DNA from: Chloroflexota bacterium | GTDB lineage: Bacteria > Chloroflexota > UBA6077 > JACCZL01 | Length of the DNA: 64,000 nt | NCBI GenBank assembly: GCA_030447245.1 | Contig: JAUJPG010000021.1 | Coordinates: forward strand, 16,842-80,841 | Reading direction: 5' to 3' | The notes under the pieces: model-generated | What the model saw: only the letters and a program-made list of their open reading frames with translations | The model's database searches: none | What the model was told of the DNA's origin: nothing | Shown here: one piece after another, positions 59,517 through 64,000 of the stretch | Layout of the letters: the number at the start of each line of letters is the position of its first letter | Numbering within the stretch: the first letter of the stretch is position 1 | Program-made: the position numbers and the translations under genes

Positions 59517-60517
59517 TCAGTTCCGCGAGCGCGGCCGTGCCCAACGCCGACGTGGTATCCAGCTGATCCGCCTGGCGGGCCGTCGCGGGACCGCTCCACC
59601 GATTCGCTGGAGCTGCAATCCGAACGCCACGCGGCCCGCGAGCGTTACCTTCTCGCGGCGCCCGACCATCGCCGGCGCGAGAATACGTTGTAGTCCTGGA
59701 TCTCGATCTTGTCGAGGATACGTCCATGCAGCGTCGCGGCGAGGGCTATCGGGTAGCGTGCCTCTGGCGTGAGCTCGCCCAGCCCAATCGCCCGGCGCGT
59801 AGTACCGACGGGCTCGCTCAATCTGGAAGCGGAGCAGCCCCCGCAGGCAGTCGTCGACGGCGCCCAGAGCGAGCGCGCTCGGAGCAGCCGAAACGCTCCA
59901 ACTCATCGGCGGCAGGTAGAGCCGTCCACGATCTAGGTCATCGGCCACGTCACGAAGGATGTTGGTGAGCTGCATCGCAATCCCGAGCGCCGCCGCCGCG
60001 GCCAACGCGTGGCGTGGTGGCTCCCAGGACGGCACATCGCCCAGGCCGACCGTCGATGCGACGCGGAACGAGTAGCGCTCCAGGTCGGCAAACGTGGCGA
60101 TCGGTCGGCCGGTCAGGTCGTCGCGCAATCCAAGCAGCAGTGCGCGGAGGTAGTTCGGCGGAATTGCGTAGGCGGCCATCGTCTCGGCCAGCGCGGCTCG
60201 CAAGGGTCTGGGTCGTCGCAAGACGAAGCGCCAGGTCGGTCCGCCGCCGCGAGCCAGCCGTCCCACGCATCCAGCGCGGCCGCGACCTCGGCGACGTCGG
60301 ACCCTGGCCCTCGCTCGTCGACCAGGTCGTCGACCGTTCGGAAGAAGGCGTACAGCACCTGCGTCGCGCGCCGCCGCTCCCGGATCGAGGAATCGGGCGG
60401 CGAAGGCGAAACTACGCGCCTTGGTGTTGATAACTCAGCGAACGAGCCTCGGCCGACGCGCGTCGTGGCCGACCGACCGCCAGGCGCATTATCCAGACGC
60501 TCGTGGCGGTCGCTCAT
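59517..60517 (-). pseudogene. crtB: Phytoene synthase (CrtB family), at least 4 frameshifts
   Basis: Fragments: INTKARSFAFAARFLDP; RRRATQVLYAFFRTVDDLVDE; LAETMAAYAIPPNYLRALLLGLRDDLTGRPIATFADLERYSFRVASTVG; ALGIAMQLTNILRDVADDLDRGRLYLP; LRGLLRFQIERARRYY; LHGRILDKIEIQDYNVFSRR. Both ends are approximate. Confidence 0.7.
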
Positions 60518-60699
60518 CACGAGCGCGAACGATCTCCGTCGCCAGAGGTACACGACGGCCGCTCAGCATCCGCGGGCAATCTCCGTCGCGGGGCGGCAAT
60601 CGGCTCGAGGCCTGCGCGCGGCCCGGCGGCGCAGCGGTAGCTGTTGATTCCGCAAGGTAAAGCCTATATCGTACCCTGACCGAGCACGACCGTGTCGCC

Positions 60700-60912
60700 G
60701 CCTGCACACGCCGGCGGACCGATCGAATGGGACAGCGCAGCGCAGCTCGCGTGGCCCAACCGCGAAGAAGCGTGGCCGTCCGTAAGGCGCGACGAGCACG
60801 TCAGGCCGCGACCTGGCCCGTTGCGCCGTCGCGAGCTTGTCCGCACCGCGGCGGCCCGTCGGCCGACCCCGGCTCCGATCACCAGCACGTCATGCACGTC
60901 CCGCGGCACCAT
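60700..60912 (-). pseudogene. N-terminal stub of an FAD-dependent oxidoreductase (Rossmann dinucleotide-binding motif only)
   Basis: The ATG at 60912 gives MVPRDVHDVLVIGAGVG(G)RAAAVR, then the frame is lost. Only about 350 bp remain before crtB, too short for a full enzyme. Confidence 0.35.
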
Positions 60913-61361
60913 TCGCCGTCGCGTTCGGGATCGAGAAGCGCGCCCAGCGCGGTGCCGAAGGCGGCGTGACGCAGGACAGCCTGCAGAAAGTACGCTCGTC
61001 GATGCAGCGGCGCGAGCACTCCCATCCTGACCGCCGGGTGGACCCGGTCCAGCAGGAGCACGAGCGGCCATAAGGCCACGTTCTCCACCTGGGCCGCGAG
61101 CAGGCCGCGGAACCAGTACGGGCCGGGCAAGCGCGCGCCGAGGCCGCGGTCGAAGATGATGCCGAATGTCGCGCCCGCGCCGAGATGCATGATGAATCCG
61201 AGCGGGCGCCAGCATTGACGATTACGGGTGAGCATCCCGCCGAGCAGATCCAGGTCATGTGAACGAGGATTCCACAGCCGCCGGTCAATTTCTTGCTCGG
61301 CCAGGTAGGCGAGCGCCGCCACGACTCCGGCCACGGCCGCGCCAGCGAGGGGCCGCATCAT
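60879..61361 (-). CDS. Hypothetical membrane protein, 160 aa
   Basis: MMRPLAGAAVAGVVAALAYLAEQEIDRRLW.. has 4 hydrophobic segments. Its start overlaps the stop of the upstream Cys-rich ORF (ATGA). Confidence 0.55.
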   Translation of the reverse strand: MMRPLAGAAVAGVVAALAYLAEQEIDRRLWNPRSHDLDLLGGMLTRNRQCWRPLGFIMHLGAGATFGIIFDRGLGARLPGPYWFRGLLAAQVENVALWPLVLLLDRVHPAVRMGVLAPLHRRAYFLQAVLRHAAFGTALGALLDPERDGEWCRGTCMTCW

Positions 61362-61654
61362 CGCCCCCCGACGTCACGACGCCCGCCGCGCGGTGGCCGG
61401 CCCCGCCGCTCGCGAGGAAATTCCTTCTGGGTCTCACGGATCTCCTCGCAGCTTGCGTCGAGGTACAGCGAACCGCCGCAACAGTAGCAGACCATCTGCC
61501 GGCCGTTGAACCGTGGTCCCGACTCGCAGGCTGGGGCGGGCTCGAACACCGGCCGCGCGGCGCGCGGTGCGTCGGCCCGGCGGAGCAAGCGGCCGGACAC
61601 AGCCCCGCAGAGGTAACACTTGATGTCGCGCGCCAGGATGACCACGACGACCAC
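61358..61654 (-). CDS. Small Cys-rich (zinc-ribbon-like) protein, about 98 aa
   Basis: GTG at 61654 has GGAG 6 nt upstream. Two CxxC pairs are present: KCYLCG ... VCYCCGG. The tail is basic. It appears translationally coupled to the next gene. Confidence 0.4.
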   Translation of the reverse strand: MVVVVILARDIKCYLCGAVSGRLLRRADAPRAARPVFEPAPACESGPRFNGRQMVCYCCGGSLYLDASCEEIRETQKEFPRERRGRPPRGGRRDVGGR

Positions 61655-61785
61655 GCTCGCCTCCGACGTGCGAGATTGTGCGGGCCTTGCACAGACGCGC
61701 CAGGCCTTCCGGAGTGTCAAACTGGTCCCGCGGTTCGAGGGTATGACGCTCCCCTGCCAGCAGCGACAGCGCGTCGCATGAGAGC

Positions 61786-61810
61786 GGGCCCGGAGCATTG
61801 CTCCGGGCCC
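61786..61810. repeat. Perfect 25-nt palindrome GGGCCCGGAGCATTGCTCCGGGCCC
   Basis: It was read directly from the sequence. It lies between the glycoside-hydrolase stop and the Cys-rich ORF start, and could be a terminator stem or an operator. Confidence 0.8.
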
Positions 61811-61824
61811 GCGGCCGTTCACAA

Positions 61825-61842
61825 GGCGCGGCGTGCCGCGCC
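61825..61842 (-). terminator. Short GC hairpin after the glycoside-hydrolase gene
   Basis: GGCGCGG-cacg-CCGCGCC on the minus strand is followed by TTGTG, 25 nt downstream of the stop. Confidence 0.4.
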
Positions 61843-61866
61843 CAAATCTACCTACTGGTCACTCGC

Positions 61867-62994
61867 TCAGGGGAGCGTTCCGTTCGAGCGGGCGGCGGCC
61901 AGAGCATTGTAGGCTGGCCGAGGCGAGCCGTCCGGTTCGGTGATGCTCCACCAGTATTGCTCGTTGGCCTGGGTCCAATTCGGGTCGGCGATGTTCCAGA
62001 TGAACATGACGCCCATCCACGGAGACCAGTTCTGCCTGGCGTACTGGTACGCTCGTACGATGTAGTCCGCCTGCTGCTCCTGGGACACCGCGTACCAGGA
62101 GTACTCGGGGTTGATCTGGTCCGTCGTCCAACCAAACTCGAGCAGCCAGGCCTGCTTGCCTCCGTCCCCATACGCCTCCATGATCCCCCGCAGCTGCTCG
62201 ACCCGTCGGAAATAGAAGGAGGGATGCGGGAAGCGCGGATCGGAGTTCAAGGCGGCCTCGGGCGCCGAACCGTACCCTGGTCCGTGCATGCCGATCACAT
62301 CGGAGAAGCTCGCGAGGCCGTCCTCATACAGCCAACTCAGGTAGACGTCGTCGGGCTGGGCCGACCCGTCGTTGGTGCCGGTCGGCGAGAGGCCGGCGCT
62401 GACGACGATCATCGCCGGATCGACCAGCTTGATCATCTGATGGCTCTCGCTCAGCATGTACATGTACTGGGACGCCTGGTTTCGATCGATCACTGCCCCG
62501 CCCCACTCGCGGGTTAGGTTCGGCTCGTTCCAGACCTGGATGGCGTGGATCGTGCCCCGCCCCCTCAACGAGCTTGGACCGTAGCGGCCCGCCATCACCG
62601 ACAAGAAGTCGGCGTAGTCCTCAATGTTGTCCGGCGGTCCATTCTGCGCCGGGACCATCCGGGACCACTCCGGCGAGTGATCGACGCGCGCCATGACCCG
62701 AATGCCGGCCGCGTTGGCGGCCTGGACCGCGATGTCAAGCGAGCTCCAGTCGATGCAGTTCTTGCAGCTTGGCTCGATGCTGCGCCAGGGAATGTCCAGC
62801 CGGAGCCAGCCGAGGCCGGCGCCCTGCATCAGCGCGAGCTGCGTCGGGGCGGACTCCGGATTTCCGAGGACGAATGCCGCGGCTCCGTATTCTGGGCTGC
62901 CAGTGTACAACTGGGCCGACGTACTCGGGGTGCTCGCCGGGAGCAGCCCGGTGACGAGCAGAGCTAGTGCCAGGATCGGCGTGAATCTCCTCAA
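61867..62994 (-). CDS. Secreted glycoside hydrolase, (beta/alpha)8 clan GH-A-like (family not resolved)
   Basis: The track ORF extends to 63102. TTG at 62994 has GGAGG 7 nt upstream and gives the signal peptide (M)RRFTPILALALLVTGLLPASTPSTSAQ. Motifs: WLRLDIPWRSIEP and IHAIQVWNEPNLTREWGG (the NEP acid/base motif typical of clan GH-A). Confidence 0.75.
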   Translation of the reverse strand: MRRFTPILALALLVTGLLPASTPSTSAQLYTGSPEYGAAAFVLGNPESAPTQLALMQGAGLGWLRLDIPWRSIEPSCKNCIDWSSLDIAVQAANAAGIRVMARVDHSPEWSRMVPAQNGPPDNIEDYADFLSVMAGRYGPSSLRGRGTIHAIQVWNEPNLTREWGGAVIDRNQASQYMYMLSESHQMIKLVDPAMIVVSAGLSPTGTNDGSAQPDDVYLSWLYEDGLASFSDVIGMHGPGYGSAPEAALNSDPRFPHPSFYFRRVEQLRGIMEAYGDGGKQAWLLEFGWTTDQINPEYSWYAVSQEQQADYIVRAYQYARQNWSPWMGVMFIWNIADPNWTQANEQYWWSITEPDGSPRPAYNALAAARSNGTLP

Positions 62995-63584
62995 ACCATG
63001 ACCTCCATGCGGGGATGTTCCAGCGTTCTGTACAACGCTTGGGCCCGTACCCGGTTCCGTGACGCTGCTCTCCTCGGTCGCATCGGACGGCACCGAGTCC
63101 ACAACCGCCGCGCCGATCCAACCAGGAAGGCCTGGAGCGGGCGATCAACCCCCGCCGCTGGACGCCAGCCCGCGGATATACTGCCGCGAGGGTGTGCGCG
63201 TCCCGTGGGCCCGCGGCGGACCGCGCCGGCCGCCTCGTGGACGTCGCGCCGGGCAGTGCATCCCTGGTGCTGCTCGTCCGTGGCGGCACCGTCGCGAACG
63301 TGTTCACCGCGAAGCTGCTGCGTCGGGCCGACGTGGCGATGAAGCGAGGGACGGGTCGCCTACATCGGGGCACACGAAGGCCGCGGGACCGATCGGCGTG
63401 CGCTGTACGATCTTGGCTGTACGTCGGGGATCCCCATCCTGAAGACCGACCTGATGATGAGCGCGGCCGTTCCGCACGTGCGGATCACCGACCGCGGCTA
63501 CCTCCGCCTCCGCAACGGAGTGACGTCTAGCCCGTTCGATACGTGTGCGAGCATGGAACTCGACCGTTCAGAAGAGGCAGCTCG

Positions 63585-64000
63585 GTGACCACGCTCCGTG
63601 CGGGTCTCTCAGCGCACCCGGATCGCGCGGCTGTCACGCTCATCATCGCGGTGGCCGCGGCAATACGCCTCGCCTTTGCAACCAGCGCACCGCCGTTTTT
63701 GAACGCGGACAGCAGCTCCTATTACCTGCCCGCTCGCGACCTGGCAGCGGGCCGACCTCTCGATCTGGACTTCCATCGGACGCCGACGTACCCCCTCGTC
63801 ATCGCCGCCGTGATCGGCCTGGTTGGCGAGGACCTCCAACGGCTGGTCACACTCCAGCACGTCGTGTTCGGGCCGTCCACCGCGCTGCTCACGTACGCGC
63901 TCGGGCGCCTGCTGACCAGCCGAGCCGTCGCCCTGACGACCGCCCTGCTGGCCGCCGTGTCTGGACCCAAGCTCCTGTACGAGCACTACGTCATGAGCGA
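63585..64000 (+). CDS. GT39/ArnT-like (PMT-type) polytopic glycosyltransferase, N-terminal part (runs off the right edge)
   Basis: Not in the ORF track because there is no stop in the window. GTG at 63585 gives VTTLRAGLSAHPDRAAVTLIIAVAAAIRLAFATSAPPFLNADSSSYYLPARDLAAGRPLDLDFHRTPTYPLVIAAV.., the typical first TM + loop of GT-C enzymes. Confidence 0.6.
   Translation, partial: MTTLRAGLSAHPDRAAVTLIIAVAAAIRLAFATSAPPFLNADSSSYYLPARDLAAGRPLDLDFHRTPTYPLVIAAVIGLVGEDLQRLVTLQHVVFGPSTALLTYALGRLLTSRAVALTTALLAAVSGPKLLYEHYVMS

Overview
GC-rich bacterial chromosomal window. Codon third positions are almost all G/C, ribosome-binding sites are GGAGG-type, and many genes share ATGA/GTGA start-stop overlaps. Gene content resembles Chloroflexota or Actinomycetota, but the taxon cannot be proven here. 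I support about 45 protein genes, one tRNA-Leu(CAG), several GC-rich hairpin terminators, three tandem or REP-like repeat families and a set of pseudogenes. No rRNA or CRISPR array was seen. Layout, left to right: (1) partial ABC ATPase; (2) four-gene sensory module of poly-HAMP/GAF hybrid kinase with three receivers, CheR, receiver-less CheB and a REC-PAS kinase; (3) metabolic genes (amidohydrolase-like, amidase, 2-hydroxyacid dehydrogenase, GH1-like/RmlD fusion, SGNH lipase, F420/LLM oxidoreductase, MFS); (4) an anchor-sdhA-sdhB operon whose sdhA is broken by a 67-nt imperfect tandem duplication; (5) a minus-strand operon with two solute-binding proteins, two peptide-type permeases and an M16 peptidase pair; (6) cbiX, clpC, a DMT transporter, unknown membrane proteins and uvrD/pcrA; (7) tRNA-Leu followed by a multiply frameshifted acyl-CoA dehydrogenase and an intact APH-type kinase; (8) an envelope block (OpgC/AT3-hydrolase fusion, REP-like array, SGNH protein, cupredoxin, YfhO, glycoside hydrolase, GT39-like protein); (9) a decaying island at 54.1-60.9 kb holding transposase-like debris and frameshifted hydrolase, crtI, crtB and an oxidoreductase stub. 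The most interesting item is the MCP-, CheA- and CheW-less CheR/CheB + poly-HAMP kinase module. Next are the regionally clustered gene decay and the repeat structures. Limits: every call comes from reading translated motifs by eye. No database search, HMM, folding or identity calculation was run, and start codons are often ambiguous.
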